Numbered from the stretch's first letter, positions 17,860 through 28,266 are shown. The stretch is 52,509 bases of DNA from Thermoplasmatota archaeon (GCA_040751795.1 JBFMHR010000006.1:1-52509), one strand, 5' to 3'. Notes: generated by a model not told the origin, from the letters alone. Program-made: numbers and translations.

Positions 17860-18579
17860 ATGACAGAGCTCCTCTACATGAAGGACATCGAGTCGAACTA
17901 CATCCGCGAGTTCGAGGCGGCCGTGGTCGAGCGCGGGTTCGACTACGTCGTCCTCGACAGGACCGCCTTCTACCCCCTGGGCGGGGGCCAGCCCTCGGAC
18001 ACGGGCAGGCTCGAGTGGCCCGGGGGCGGTGCCGACGTCCGCGAGGTGACCAAGAAGGAGGGGGTGAGGCACCACCTCGTGCAGAACCCCGAGCTGGTCC
18101 CGGACAGGGTCAAGGGCGTCGTCGACTGGGACAAGAGGTACGGGCACATGCGGATGCACACGGCGCAGCACATCGTCTCCGGGGTCGTATACGACCTATG
18201 GAAGGCCCGCACCGTGGGCAACCAGCTCTACCACGACCGCTCGAGGATAGACTTCGCCCCGATCAAGTTCACGGACGGGATGGTCGCCGAGCTGGAGGCG
18301 AGGACCAACGAGATCCTCGCCACCGGCGCGAAGGTGGAGATAGCCACCGAGGACAGGTCGGAGCTGGAGAGGAGCGTGGACTCGCAGAGGGCCAACCTGG
18401 ACCTCCTCCCCAAGTCGGTCCGGGAGCTGAGGGTCGTGAGGGTGCCCGACTACGACGTCTGCCCGTGCGCGGGGACCCACGTGCGCTCCCTGGCCGAGAT
18501 AGGGAGGATCAAGGTAGTCAAGAGGGAGAACAAGGGGAAGGACCGGGAGCGCATCACCTACGAGCTCATCGCGCCCTGA
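17860..18579 (+). CDS. alaX: alanyl-tRNA editing protein AlaX-M
   Basis: LDRTAFYPLGGGQPSDTG, HTAQH, CAGTHV zinc motifs. Confidence 0.93.
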   Translation: MTELLYMKDIESNYIREFEAAVVERGFDYVVLDRTAFYPLGGGQPSDTGRLEWPGGGADVREVTKKEGVRHHLVQNPELVPDRVKGVVDWDKRYGHMRMHTAQHIVSGVVYDLWKARTVGNQLYHDRSRIDFAPIKFTDGMVAELEARTNEILATGAKVEIATEDRSELERSVDSQRANLDLLPKSVRELRVVRVPDYDVCPCAGTHVRSLAEIGRIKVVKRENKGKDRERITYELIAP

Positions 18580-18643
18580 ACCGGCGGCAAACCCACTAAA
18601 CGCTTAAGTAAGGATGCCGCGGATATTTTCCCGGGAGGCCGAA

Positions 18644-18883
18644 ATGGTAGAGGTTGGCACCGTCGCGGGCATATCGAAGCTGTCCATATGGCTGAGCGGG
18701 GCCTTCGCGGTGGTGAGCATCGGGCTGTTGTACATGTACATAGCCATGACCGATGCCTCCTCGCCGCAGAAGGTCCTGTGGTCCGCTGGCCTGTCGATGG
18801 CCGTGGCGTTCGTGTTCCTCGTCTCATGGACCGTCGCAAGGGACGTCGTCCGGGAGAAGGAGCGCGAGCACAGGCGGGTCTGA
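18644..18883 (+). CDS. small two-TM membrane protein
   Basis: GGAGG RBS, two hydrophobic helices, charged C-terminus; TTAAGTA promoter-like sequence upstream. Confidence 0.6.
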   Translation: MVEVGTVAGISKLSIWLSGAFAVVSIGLLYMYIAMTDASSPQKVLWSAGLSMAVAFVFLVSWTVARDVVREKEREHRRV

Positions 18884-18896
18884 GCTGCAGGAGCGG

Positions 18897-20057
18897 TCAG
18901 GCCTTGCCGTTGGGGGGTCCGGCCTCCGACTTCTCCCCGTTCTCTACGGAGCCCAGCAGGAGCTCCATCAGGTCGGCGACCTTCATCCCGGGCACCGTCC
19001 TCAGCTGCGTCTCGCAGAACGGGCAGCAGGTGACGAGCGTGGTCGCGCCCGTGGACTTCGCCTCCTCGATCCTCTTCGATGCGAGGTCCTTGGACAGCTT
19101 CGGGAACGCCGACTGGAGTCCGGCCCCGGCGCCGCAGCACCGCGACTCCATGCCGTGGTTGGGCATCTCGGCCAGGGGCGCCATCGCCCTGAGCATCTCT
19201 CTCGGCTCCTCGAAGACGCCCCCGAGCCTGCCCAGGTGGCACGGGTCGTGGTAAGTCATCCTCTCCGTGGACCTCTTGACCTTCAGTCTGCCGCTCTTGA
19301 CCAGGTCGGCTATCTCCTTGGTGATGTGCACGACCTCGATCTTCGAGCCGTGGTCCTGTAGCGACTTCTTGAGAGTGGTGTAGCAGCCGGGGCAGGCGGT
19401 GACGATCCTCTTCACCCCTAGCGCCTCGAACCTCTCGACGTTCTTCCTCGCGAGCTCCTCGTACCCCTCGGTCTGGCCGACGCGCAGGAGGGTCGATCCG
19501 CAGCACGGCTCGTCCTGCCCCATCGTGGCGAACCTGACGCCCGCCCTCTGGAGGAGCTTTGCGCTGGCGACCAGGCTGGGCACCAGCGGCTTCATGACCG
19601 CGGAGGTGCACCCGGCGAAGAACAGCACGTCCTGCGCGCCCGGCGCGGCCTTCGGGATGTTCAGGCCCTTGGTCCACTTGTTCCTCGCGCTCCTGGGCTG
19701 GAACCAGGGGTTGCCGTAGTTCTTCAGGCTCGCGGCCAGGGACGCGTGCTCCTTCATCGGCTCGACGCCGTGCTTCAGGAGGTACTCCCTGAAGGCCCTC
19801 GTGTGCTCCGTGTTCTTGAGGGCGCACCACCTGTCGCAGTTGCCGCACAGGGTGCACTCGAAGGCCGCCTCGACGACGGCCGGTGAGACCTCGAACTTGC
19901 CCTGGAGGAGCCCCAGCATGGTCCTGTTCCTCCCCTTCATGCACAGCGTCTTGACCTTCCTGGTCTGGTAGACGGGGCACCCGCGCTCGCAGAAGCCGCA
20001 CGAGGTGCCGAAGCAGGTCTCGAGCTCCTCCTTCATCTGCTCGAGGGTGTTGTTCAC
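18897..20057 (-). CDS. Fe-S oxidoreductase with CCG domains (GlcF/HdrD-like)
   Basis: CGFCERGCP, CTLCGNCDRWC, two CCG motifs, YHDPCHLGR, TCCPFC; GTGA overlap with the upstream gene. Confidence 0.9.
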   Translation of the reverse strand: MNNTLEQMKEELETCFGTSCGFCERGCPVYQTRKVKTLCMKGRNRTMLGLLQGKFEVSPAVVEAAFECTLCGNCDRWCALKNTEHTRAFREYLLKHGVEPMKEHASLAASLKNYGNPWFQPRSARNKWTKGLNIPKAAPGAQDVLFFAGCTSAVMKPLVPSLVASAKLLQRAGVRFATMGQDEPCCGSTLLRVGQTEGYEELARKNVERFEALGVKRIVTACPGCYTTLKKSLQDHGSKIEVVHITKEIADLVKSGRLKVKRSTERMTYHDPCHLGRLGGVFEEPREMLRAMAPLAEMPNHGMESRCCGAGAGLQSAFPKLSKDLASKRIEEAKSTGATTLVTCCPFCETQLRTVPGMKVADLMELLLGSVENGEKSEAGPPNGKA

Positions 20058-21496
20058 TCCGACCCCTCCCTCGGGAACTTCTTGCCCGGGTTCAGTATCC
20101 CCTTGGGGTCGAAGAGCTCCTTGATCTCCCTCATGTACCTGAGGGATGCGCCGTGCTCAAGCTCCAGGTACGGCGCCTTCTGGTGCGTGTCGCTCATGAA
20201 TGTGCTCATGGTGCCCTCGAAGGCGATGGCCATCTTGCTGAGCTCGTCGTGGAACTCCCTGAACCTCTTGACCTCTTCCGCGTCCCGGTAGTCGACGTAC
20301 ACCGCGCACGACAGGGAGAAGCCGATGCTGTTCGGGTGCTCCAGGTAGGCGTTCATGCCTATGATGTCCAGCCTGTGCCTCTCCGCCACCTCGACGAACT
20401 TGTGGTAGAACTCCTCGAGCCTGCCGACCGGCACTCCCGGGTCCGCGGCCCCGAACTTCTTCTTCGTCTGGGAGTCGGGCCACTTCTGCTTGAAGGGCTC
20501 GAACTCGAGCGTGTACTTCGAGGTCCACCAGCTCTCGACCAGCTCCCTCTCCTCCACGAGCTGCGCCTCGAACTCCTTGGCCAGCCTGACGGCCTCGTCC
20601 CTCTGGAAGTCGACTACCGCCTTGTCGCCAGCGAAGGATATCGCCAGGAGCGCCTCGCCCCAGGCGGGTATCTCCGGGTCCCTCCCGTGCTTCTGCTTGT
20701 ACGTCTGGGTGTAGAACCTCAGCCTGCGCTTGCAGTTGATGTGGGCAGCCTCGATGCACAGCCCCGCCTTCAGGAGCCTGCTCAGGTAGTCGACCGCCGC
20801 CCCGAGCCTCGGGAAGACGAGCATGTCCACGCGCCTGGTCGCCGGGAGGGGCTCCAGCTTGAGCGTGGCCTCGGTGATGACCCCGAGCGTCCCCTCGCTG
20901 CCCGCGAGGAGGTCCTTGAGCTTGTAGCCTGACGATGTGAAGTGCGCCTTCCTGTGGCCGAGCTCCAGGACCTCACCGGTGCCAGTCACGATCTCAGCAC
21001 TCAGGAGGCAGTTCAGGATCTTGCCGTACCTCACCCCGAATGTGGAGTCGTTGTCGCAGGCGATCGCCGAGCCCACGGTGCTGACCCACTTCGACTCGGG
21101 CTGGTGGGGTAGCCACAGGTCGTACGGGTGGACAGCGTCGTTGACCTCCTGGAGGGTCGCGCCGGCCTGCACCCTGATGGTCTGGTTCTTGGGGTCGACC
21201 TCGACCACGGAGTTCATGGTGGTGGTATCGATGTATATGCCGCCGTACATGGGGACGGCGCCGCCGAGCATCCCCGTCAGGCCGCCGCCGGCGGTGACCG
21301 GGACGCCGTGCTCGTAGGCGACCTTGATGGCCCTCTGGACGTCCCTCGTCGTCCTCGGCAGGACCACGACGTCCGGGGGCACGAACTCGTCCGGCGTCCT
21401 GGGGCTCCAGTCCGCCCCGTAGACGAACCTCTCTGCGGGGTCGACCAGCACCTTCTCCTTGCCGAGCGCGGCGACGAGCTCGTCGGTGTAAGACAT
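20054..21496 (-). CDS. FAD-linked oxidoreductase (GlcD/D-lactate dehydrogenase/VAO family)
   Basis: PDVVVLP, GGGLTG, GSEGTLGVITE, FDPKGILNPGK. Confidence 0.88.
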   Translation of the reverse strand: MSYTDELVAALGKEKVLVDPAERFVYGADWSPRTPDEFVPPDVVVLPRTTRDVQRAIKVAYEHGVPVTAGGGLTGMLGGAVPMYGGIYIDTTTMNSVVEVDPKNQTIRVQAGATLQEVNDAVHPYDLWLPHQPESKWVSTVGSAIACDNDSTFGVRYGKILNCLLSAEIVTGTGEVLELGHRKAHFTSSGYKLKDLLAGSEGTLGVITEATLKLEPLPATRRVDMLVFPRLGAAVDYLSRLLKAGLCIEAAHINCKRRLRFYTQTYKQKHGRDPEIPAWGEALLAISFAGDKAVVDFQRDEAVRLAKEFEAQLVEERELVESWWTSKYTLEFEPFKQKWPDSQTKKKFGAADPGVPVGRLEEFYHKFVEVAERHRLDIIGMNAYLEHPNSIGFSLSCAVYVDYRDAEEVKRFREFHDELSKMAIAFEGTMSTFMSDTHQKAPYLELEHGASLRYMREIKELFDPKGILNPGKKFPREGSE

Positions 21497-21638
21497 GGCT
21501 GAACGCTGGAGAGGCTTCGGGGTACTAAAGACTGATTGACGTACATTCATGGGTGCCCGGCCCGGGGGGCCCACGGGCGAGCATCAATATCCCCCGAGCG
21601 CATTATGCCGTCCGAGCGCGCTGCGGGAGTCTGAGAGG

Positions 21639-22535
21639 ATGACGGAGAAGGCTGCTGAGAACGGGCTGCTGTTCGGCCTGGAGATGCCATCGTCGTACAC
21701 GAGCCTCGAGGAGGCGTCGAACAGGGCCCTGGAGGCCGGGCTGGCGGGCTACCCGAGGGCCAAGAGGATGCTGGAGCTGCTGGGCTCGGACGAGGAGCTG
21801 AACACGCTCCTGAACCTGGCGAACTTCATCGCGGTGAAGAAGCTGGGGTACAACGACCACGGCCCCATCCATGCGAGGATAGTCGCGGCGAACGGGATCA
21901 CGATACTCAAGATACTGATCGAGAGCGGGAAGCTCGAGCTGGACTCGGTCAAGGGGCTGGGGATGACCGAGGACGACGCCCACCTCATAGTGCTCTCGGG
22001 CTGCATCCTCCACGACATAGGCAACGCGGTCCACAGGGTCGAGCACGAGACCTTCAGCGTCATGTACGGCAAGTCGATCCTAGAGAGGCTCCTGCCGGAG
22101 ATATACCCCGACACCGCGCAGAGGACCGGGGTGATGCAGCAGATACTCCACACGCTCTTCGCGCACGACGAGGGGGAGAACGCCCTCACGGTGGAGGCGG
22201 CCATCGTCGTGATCGCGGACGGGTGCGACATCACCAAGGGCAGGGGCAGGCTGGCCTACGACCTTGGCAAGCACGACATACACTCCATATCCGCGCTGTC
22301 GATAGAGACCGTGGACATCCGGAAGGGGAAGGAGAAGCTCATCGAGATCCACGTCAAGATGTCCAACTCGGCCGGCATATACCAGCTCCAGGAGACCCTG
22401 GGCAAGAAGGTCGCCGAGAGCCCCCTCAAGGACCACATCGAGATCGTCGCGGAGCTCGTGCACCCCAAGTCGAGGCAGGAGCTCCAGGTCTTCGACAGGA
22501 TAGTCTTCTCCGACGGGAGGTACAGGAACGCCTAG
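21639..22535 (+). CDS. HD-domain metal-dependent phosphohydrolase
   Basis: YNDHGPIH, LHDIGN, IADGCD motifs. Confidence 0.88.
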   Translation: MTEKAAENGLLFGLEMPSSYTSLEEASNRALEAGLAGYPRAKRMLELLGSDEELNTLLNLANFIAVKKLGYNDHGPIHARIVAANGITILKILIESGKLELDSVKGLGMTEDDAHLIVLSGCILHDIGNAVHRVEHETFSVMYGKSILERLLPEIYPDTAQRTGVMQQILHTLFAHDEGENALTVEAAIVVIADGCDITKGRGRLAYDLGKHDIHSISALSIETVDIRKGKEKLIEIHVKMSNSAGIYQLQETLGKKVAESPLKDHIEIVAELVHPKSRQELQVFDRIVFSDGRYRNA

Positions 22536-23386
22536 AGGGAGAAGAGCGGGATGGCCACGATCAGCATGGCCAGGGCCGCGCACTGCAGCACGTTCAGCCT
22601 CTCCTTCAGCCTGACCTTCGCGGCCGCGATCGTGAGCACGGGGTAGAGGTTGGTTATCGGCGACACTATGGAGACGTTGCCGTTCGCGAATGCGAGGTAC
22701 ATCGTTATGCCGCCCGCGGTGAGGAACAGCATCGAGAGCTCCAGTATCCTCAGGTCGGCCTTCGGCATCTCGAAGCGCCCCTTCGTCGTGAGGAGCCAGT
22801 AGGCTATCCACATGGTCGGGCACACGGCCGCGTACACGCCTATGAAGTTGGTGTCGCCTATGACGTCGATGGCGCCCTTGGCCACCGTCGCCGAGGTGCC
22901 CCAGAAGAAGAGCGAGCAGACGGCGAAGACGACGCCCAGGAGCTCCGTCCTCCTCCCGTCCCCGTTGCCCGGGCTGTAGGTGAACATGAGCATCCCCGCC
23001 ACCACGAGCGCCACGCCCGCCCCCTCACCGTAGCTCATCTCCTCGCCGAGGAAGAGGAGCGCGAGGAGGACCGTCCAGGGGGCGTAGGCGCCGGCGACCG
23101 TGCCGACGATGCTCACCTTCCCGTGCTTCAGCGCCTCGTAGAAGGTTATGTACGCGGCCCCGGACAGGGCGGCCGCGACGGCGGCCTGCACCCACGGCCA
23201 CGCCTCGAACGAGGTGTCGCCGTGGAAGAGCACCCAGTAGACCGCCCATATGATGCCGAGGTTGCCCCCGAAGAGGAGGAGGTAGTTGGCCGACGAGAGC
23301 TGGGTCCTGGTCTCCTTGACGAAGACCTGTCCCAGTCCGTAGAAGAGGATCGTCGCGAGCGAGAAAGGCAGCCAACCGATGTCCAT
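22532..23386 (-). CDS. EamA/DMT family transporter
   Basis: Ten hydrophobic segments in two repeats (GKVSIV / GNVSIV; LFLGE / RLKER). Confidence 0.9.
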   Translation of the reverse strand: MDIGWLPFSLATILFYGLGQVFVKETRTQLSSANYLLLFGGNLGIIWAVYWVLFHGDTSFEAWPWVQAAVAAALSGAAYITFYEALKHGKVSIVGTVAGAYAPWTVLLALLFLGEEMSYGEGAGVALVVAGMLMFTYSPGNGDGRRTELLGVVFAVCSLFFWGTSATVAKGAIDVIGDTNFIGVYAAVCPTMWIAYWLLTTKGRFEMPKADLRILELSMLFLTAGGITMYLAFANGNVSIVSPITNLYPVLTIAAAKVRLKERLNVLQCAALAMLIVAIPLFSL

Positions 23387-23496
23387 CTATCCGCCTGGAT
23401 GCCCCTTCCCTAGAAATACCTTTTGAGCCCCGGACCCCGCCCGAGGGGCAACATAGATAGGCGGGCAATGAGCTTCGAAGGCGTAGGTCGACCACC

Positions 23497-24291
23497 ATGA
23501 CGCCGCCGATAGCCCTGCTGGGGATACCGTTCGACGACCAGTCCTCCTTCGAGAGGGGGTCCGCCAAGGCCCCGTCCTTCATCCGGGACGCGTGGCGCAG
23601 CCGCGCGTCCAACCTCTACAGCGAGGACCTCACCCTCGTCGACGAGTCGCTGGTCCACGACGCGGGGGACGTGGCGTTCGCGCACGGGGAGGACCCGTTC
23701 GCGGAGATCGAGAGGAGGCTCGACGGGCTCCTCGCGGAGGGGTACAGGCCGCTGTGCCTGGGAGGGGACCACTCCGTCACGTACCCGATCGTCAGGTCCG
23801 TTTCGCGGGTGCACGGCAAGCTGGACATCCTCCACTTCGACGCCCACCCGGACCTCTACGAGGACTACGAGGGGAACAGGCTCTCCCACGCCTGCCCGTT
23901 CGCCAGGGTCATGGAGGAGGGCCTCGCGGGCCGGCTCGTCCAGGTCGGCGTCCGTTCGATGACCCCTCCGCAGCGCGAGCAGGCGGAGCGGTACGGCGTC
24001 GAGGTGGTCGACATGCGGTCCTTCAGGGACGGCCTCGGGCTGGAGTTCTCTGGACCGGTCTATCTCTCGTTCGACGTCGACGGGCTGGACCCCGCCTTCG
24101 CGCCGGGGGTGTCGCACAGGCAGCCAGGCGGCCTGTCGGCCCGCCAGGCGCTGGGCGTGATACAGGCCTTCGGGGGCAGGCTGGTCGGCGCCGACATAGT
24201 CGAGTTCAACCCCCTCTTCGACACGCCTGGGATGACGGACGCGGTCTGCGCGAAGCTGCTGAAGGAGATCGCCGCCAGGATGGCGCGGTGA
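23497..24291 (+). CDS. speB: agmatinase (ureohydrolase family)
   Basis: GGDHS, DAHPD, SHAC, SFDVDGLDP, DIVEFNP. Confidence 0.88.
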   Translation: MTPPIALLGIPFDDQSSFERGSAKAPSFIRDAWRSRASNLYSEDLTLVDESLVHDAGDVAFAHGEDPFAEIERRLDGLLAEGYRPLCLGGDHSVTYPIVRSVSRVHGKLDILHFDAHPDLYEDYEGNRLSHACPFARVMEEGLAGRLVQVGVRSMTPPQREQAERYGVEVVDMRSFRDGLGLEFSGPVYLSFDVDGLDPAFAPGVSHRQPGGLSARQALGVIQAFGGRLVGADIVEFNPLFDTPGMTDAVCAKLLKEIAARMAR

Positions 24292-24334
24292 AAGGTTATT
24301 ATCCGGGCTGGTTCTTCGGAGGCCCGGTCTTATC

Positions 24335-26365
24335 ATGGGCATCGGGAAGGCAGTCAAGGAGGAGCTCTCCGGCTCCGTCGCGAAGTCTTACGTCGCAGGC
24401 ATCACCTGCTACCACAGGGTCCACGCGTCCCCGATGATGGACGCCGCGGCCCAGCACCTCAAGGGCGTACTCGACACGTTCGGCATGGACGAGGTCAGGA
24501 TCGAGCGCTACCCCTCGGACGGCCGCAGGAAGTACTGGACATACGTCTCCGCCCTGGCGTGGAGCTGCAGGGGCGCCGAGCTGAGGATGGTCGAGCCCGC
24601 GGAGAAGGTCCTCGCGCGGTTCGCCGACATCCCCCAGTCGCTCCACACATACAGCAAGGCGACGCCCCGCGGCGGCGTGACCGCGGAGCTGGTCGACGTC
24701 GGGAAGGGGACATCGGACGAGGACTACCGCGGGAAGAAGGTCAAGGGCAGGCTCGTCCTCGCGACGGGGAGGGGCAGGGCGGTCCACCTCCAGGCGGTCC
24801 TGAAGCGGGGCGCGGCCGGCGTGGTCACCGACGGCCTCTCGTACGAGTTCCAGGGGGTGCGCGAGAGCACCGACATCCCGGACGCCCACGCGTACCAGGG
24901 CATCTGGCCGACCGCGGAGGAGGCCAGGAGGACGACCTTCGGCTTCTCCCTCAGCAAGCGCCAGGGGAACGAGCTGAGGAAGCACCTGGCCAGCGGGAAG
25001 AGGGTGCGGCTCCATGCGGAGGTCGACGCCGAGCTGTCGAAGGGCAGCTACTCCGTGCTCACGGCCACGGTACGCGGGTCGGAGGCGCCCAAGGACGAGG
25101 TGTTCCTGGTCGCCCACCTGTGCCACCCCAGGCCGAGCGCGAACGACAACGCCTCGGGCAGCGGGCTGCTGGTGGAGGTCGCGAGGACGATAACCGCTCT
25201 GATCAAGGCGGGCAAGATCCCGAGGCCGAAGCGGACCATCAGGTTCCTGTGGGTGCCCGAGACGAACGGCTCGGTGGCCTTCCTCTCCAAGCACCCTGAG
25301 CTGTACCCCCGCCTCAAGGCGGGCATCAACCTGGACATGATCGGGGAGGACCAGGCGCTCTGCAGGTCCACCCTCATCATGGACTCCACGCCGGACTCTG
25401 TCCCGTCCTACCTCAACGACTTCGTGTTCTCCATGATCAGGCAGGCGAACGCCGAGTACGACCCGATGGTCAGGCTCGGGATGTCCAGCAACTTCAGGTT
25501 CGACAGGACCGCGTACTCCGGCGGGAGCGACCACACCGAGTTCGGGGAGTCGACCGTGGGGGCGCCGTGCGTCGCGATGACGCAGTGGCCGGACATGTTC
25601 TACCACACCAGCCTCGACACCCTGGACAATGTGAGCGAGGACAGCCTCAGGAGGGTCGGCTGGACGACGGCCGTGTCGGCCGTCACCCTCGCCGACGCGG
25701 GCGAGGAGACGGTCCACCGCCTCGCGGTGCTGACCTCGACCGAGGGCATGAAGCGGATATCGGAGGCGGTGGAGAAGGCCTCGTCGGAGCTCATGGACGC
25801 GCGCAGGTCCGCCAAGGGCCGCCGCGCCAAGGAGGCCGCCGCGAGGCTCGCCATGTACCACCGGTCGAGGCTCTCCCACATCGCCAGGAGGGACGCGGCC
25901 GCGGTGCGCTCGCTCAGCAGGCTCGACCCGGAGTCCGGCTCCGACGCCTTCGTCGAGGCGCAGGCGGCCGCGGTGACGGAGCACGGCTCGAGGGAGCTGG
26001 AGAGGCTGAACAGGGTCATCGACTCGGCCGTGGACGCTTCCTCCGCCGACGCCCTCATGCGCAAGGGCCATTCGGAGGCGGAGGAGAGGGCGAAGGGGAT
26101 AGTCCCCATCCGCCTGTTCAAGGGGAGCCTCGACCACGAGGCGATGCCCGAGGTGCTCGGGGAGAGGAGGTGCGCCTGGCACGACGACGCGGAGAAGAGG
26201 GACCCCCTGTTCCCCAAGAAGATGTTCGAGGCCGTGAACCTGATGGACGGCGAGCGGGACCTGTGCGAGATCACGGAGTTCGTGTCGTCCGAGTACACAC
26301 CCACGGACATCAGCGACGTCATACGGTACGTGTCCGACCTGAGGGCGGCCCGTCTGGTGCGCTGA
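24335..26365 (+). CDS. M28-family/DUF4910 aminopeptidase-like protein with PA domain
   Basis: AHLCHP, ANDNASG, VPETNG, NLDMIG, GSDH, YHTSLD; C-terminal winged-helix-like MDGERDL. Confidence 0.85.
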   Translation: MGIGKAVKEELSGSVAKSYVAGITCYHRVHASPMMDAAAQHLKGVLDTFGMDEVRIERYPSDGRRKYWTYVSALAWSCRGAELRMVEPAEKVLARFADIPQSLHTYSKATPRGGVTAELVDVGKGTSDEDYRGKKVKGRLVLATGRGRAVHLQAVLKRGAAGVVTDGLSYEFQGVRESTDIPDAHAYQGIWPTAEEARRTTFGFSLSKRQGNELRKHLASGKRVRLHAEVDAELSKGSYSVLTATVRGSEAPKDEVFLVAHLCHPRPSANDNASGSGLLVEVARTITALIKAGKIPRPKRTIRFLWVPETNGSVAFLSKHPELYPRLKAGINLDMIGEDQALCRSTLIMDSTPDSVPSYLNDFVFSMIRQANAEYDPMVRLGMSSNFRFDRTAYSGGSDHTEFGESTVGAPCVAMTQWPDMFYHTSLDTLDNVSEDSLRRVGWTTAVSAVTLADAGEETVHRLAVLTSTEGMKRISEAVEKASSELMDARRSAKGRRAKEAAARLAMYHRSRLSHIARRDAAAVRSLSRLDPESGSDAFVEAQAAAVTEHGSRELERLNRVIDSAVDASSADALMRKGHSEAEERAKGIVPIRLFKGSLDHEAMPEVLGERRCAWHDDAEKRDPLFPKKMFEAVNLMDGERDLCEITEFVSSEYTPTDISDVIRYVSDLRAARLVR

Positions 26366-26421
26366 GGCGGCCTGCCAGGCATGCAATCGGAAAAGGAAGG
26401 AAGTGGTTTGGAGGGAAGGGC

Positions 26422-27822
26422 CTAGGCGCCCCTCCTCCTCATCGCGAAGGCGACGACGACCACCGCGACTATCACGATGATCATCATCAGCACGATGAGC
26501 CCGCTGGCGTTGGCGCCGGCCTCCTCTTCTGAGGGCGCCTCGAAGCTGGTGTACGCCGTGTACACGGGGTCGTGCACCACCCTGTAGCCGTTCCACTGCG
26601 GGAAGGACACCGCGTACCAGAGCGGGTAGGCGTTGAACCCGTCCTCGTTCGTGGGGGAGAGGCTCCTCTCCGCCAGGTCCAGCGGCCCGTCGTAGACAGA
26701 CTGCACGTAGTCGCTCAGGGCGTAGGCGAATATGCTCATGGCGCCGGCCGCGAAGCCCAGCTGCCATGCGACCAGGACGAGGTCGACCAGCCTCGCGCCG
26801 ACGATGGCGTTCATCGCGTCCTCGTCGTCCCTGATGACGTAGTCGGTGGTCTCGTTTATGAGGTCGAACGTGCCGCGGGTGCCGACCTCCAGGGCCCTCT
26901 CGCTGTCGTCGCCCACCTTCAGGACGATGTCCTCGTCGACTGGGGCGTTGATGTCGGGGTCGATCGCGCTCCCGGTCGCGTTCCCCGAGGCCCCCTGGTA
27001 CTTGGACGTGAAGACCGTCACGAAGTGGACCACGCTCAGCCCCATGTTCTCGGGCAGGTTGTGCGGGTCGGCCTCTATCGGTATTCCCAGCAGGATGAGC
27101 CAGAGCTCCGTGACCTCGCCTATCGTGTACCACGTCTCCGCGCGGACCTCGCCGCTGTCCGGGTCCATGGTGACCTCGTACGTCACGGTGAGCTCGCTGA
27201 ACTTCGCGATCCAGCCCGTCGCGAAGATCGCGCTGGCGAGGAAGTTCTCCGTGACGAAGGCGTACAGGTTCCTGTACTGGATGCCGAACCTGTAGTGGCC
27301 CTCGCCGAGCTTCTCCACCGCCTGGACCTCGACCTCCGGCGGGTACGCCTCGTCCAGCGCCGCCGCGACCCCGAACGGTATGATGTAGTAGACCTTCTCG
27401 TTCCCCGGGTCCGGCAGCCCGTTCTGGCCGGGGCCGGTCCCGTTGTATGTGTCGTCGAAGGCCATGAGGAAGGCGAACACCGCGCCGATGAACACCTCGT
27501 TCCCCTCAGGCGTGAAGTAGTGGATCCCGAACAGCTGGAACGGGACGTTCCCCGTGCCGTTCTCGTTCTCGACCATGTTCAGCGCCAGGAGGAACGCCGA
27601 GACGTTCTCGTAGTTCACATACGAGGCCGAGAAGGTCACGTCGTCCCCCGCGGGGCTCTGGGCCTCGATGGACTCGTTGGTCCAGTACTCCTCCTCGAAG
27701 GAGTGGCCGAACACGGCCACCTCGTCCCCTTCCTGCCAGGTCTCCGGCGGGAAGGCGCTTGCGCTGGAGACCAGCATGGCGCACAAGGCTAAGCTTGCCA
27801 CTGCAACGAGCACTCTCTTCAT
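26422..27822 (-). CDS. secreted acidic cell-surface protein with C-terminal membrane anchor
   Basis: Signal peptide ending ASA-F, acidic body with N-x-S/T sequons, terminal TM helix followed by RRR. Confidence 0.8.
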   Translation of the reverse strand: MKRVLVAVASLALCAMLVSSASAFPPETWQEGDEVAVFGHSFEEEYWTNESIEAQSPAGDDVTFSASYVNYENVSAFLLALNMVENENGTGNVPFQLFGIHYFTPEGNEVFIGAVFAFLMAFDDTYNGTGPGQNGLPDPGNEKVYYIIPFGVAAALDEAYPPEVEVQAVEKLGEGHYRFGIQYRNLYAFVTENFLASAIFATGWIAKFSELTVTYEVTMDPDSGEVRAETWYTIGEVTELWLILLGIPIEADPHNLPENMGLSVVHFVTVFTSKYQGASGNATGSAIDPDINAPVDEDIVLKVGDDSERALEVGTRGTFDLINETTDYVIRDDEDAMNAIVGARLVDLVLVAWQLGFAAGAMSIFAYALSDYVQSVYDGPLDLAERSLSPTNEDGFNAYPLWYAVSFPQWNGYRVVHDPVYTAYTSFEAPSEEEAGANASGLIVLMMIIVIVAVVVVAFAMRRRGA

Positions 27823-27921
27823 GTGCATCACCATCTTCATGCCCGGAGGCCGTCCGGGCATCCTGGCAGGCGGATGGCCGTCGGGGGGGTTAATCCTTTC
27901 CGCCCGCGCCGGCCAGGGGTG

Positions 27922-28176
27922 TCAGCGCAGCCCCTTCGCCCTCTCGTCCTTCTCGAAGAGGGTCCTCCCCCTGCAGTCTATCCTGAGGACCCTGTGGTAG
28001 GGGATGCTGGCCTCGTCGGTCTCGAAGAACTGCCTCCCGAGGGAGCGTATGGCCCCGCCGCCGATCCTGAGGTTGTCGCCTGGCGCGCCCCTGTGGATGT
28101 ACCATATGACCGCCTCGGCGAGCGACTCTCCCTCCGTCCACATCAGCCGGTTCAGGACCTCCCTCGGGAAGACCAT
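27922..28176 (-). CDS. DUF504/UPF0248 (MJ1316-like) putative RNA-binding protein
   Basis: REVLNRLMW, YIHRGAP, IPYHRVL motifs. Confidence 0.85.
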   Translation of the reverse strand: MVFPREVLNRLMWTEGESLAEAVIWYIHRGAPGDNLRIGGGAIRSLGRQFFETDEASIPYHRVLRIDCRGRTLFEKDERAKGLR

Positions 28177-28266
28177 CGGCCTGGAGTCGGCCTGGGGCGT
28201 AATCATCCTTTCGACCGCTGGCCTGAGGACAGGGACGGGAAGGGCGTTTGAGGGGTTTCGCGCGTC

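Noticed and set aside
24299-27133. Very long alternative-frame ORFs (e.g. 24299..27133, 36954..39239, 42317..44464, 43579..45747, 11909..13684)
   Set aside because: Arg/Gly/Pro-rich or antisense shadows of real genes, expected from high GC3 codon bias; no motifs
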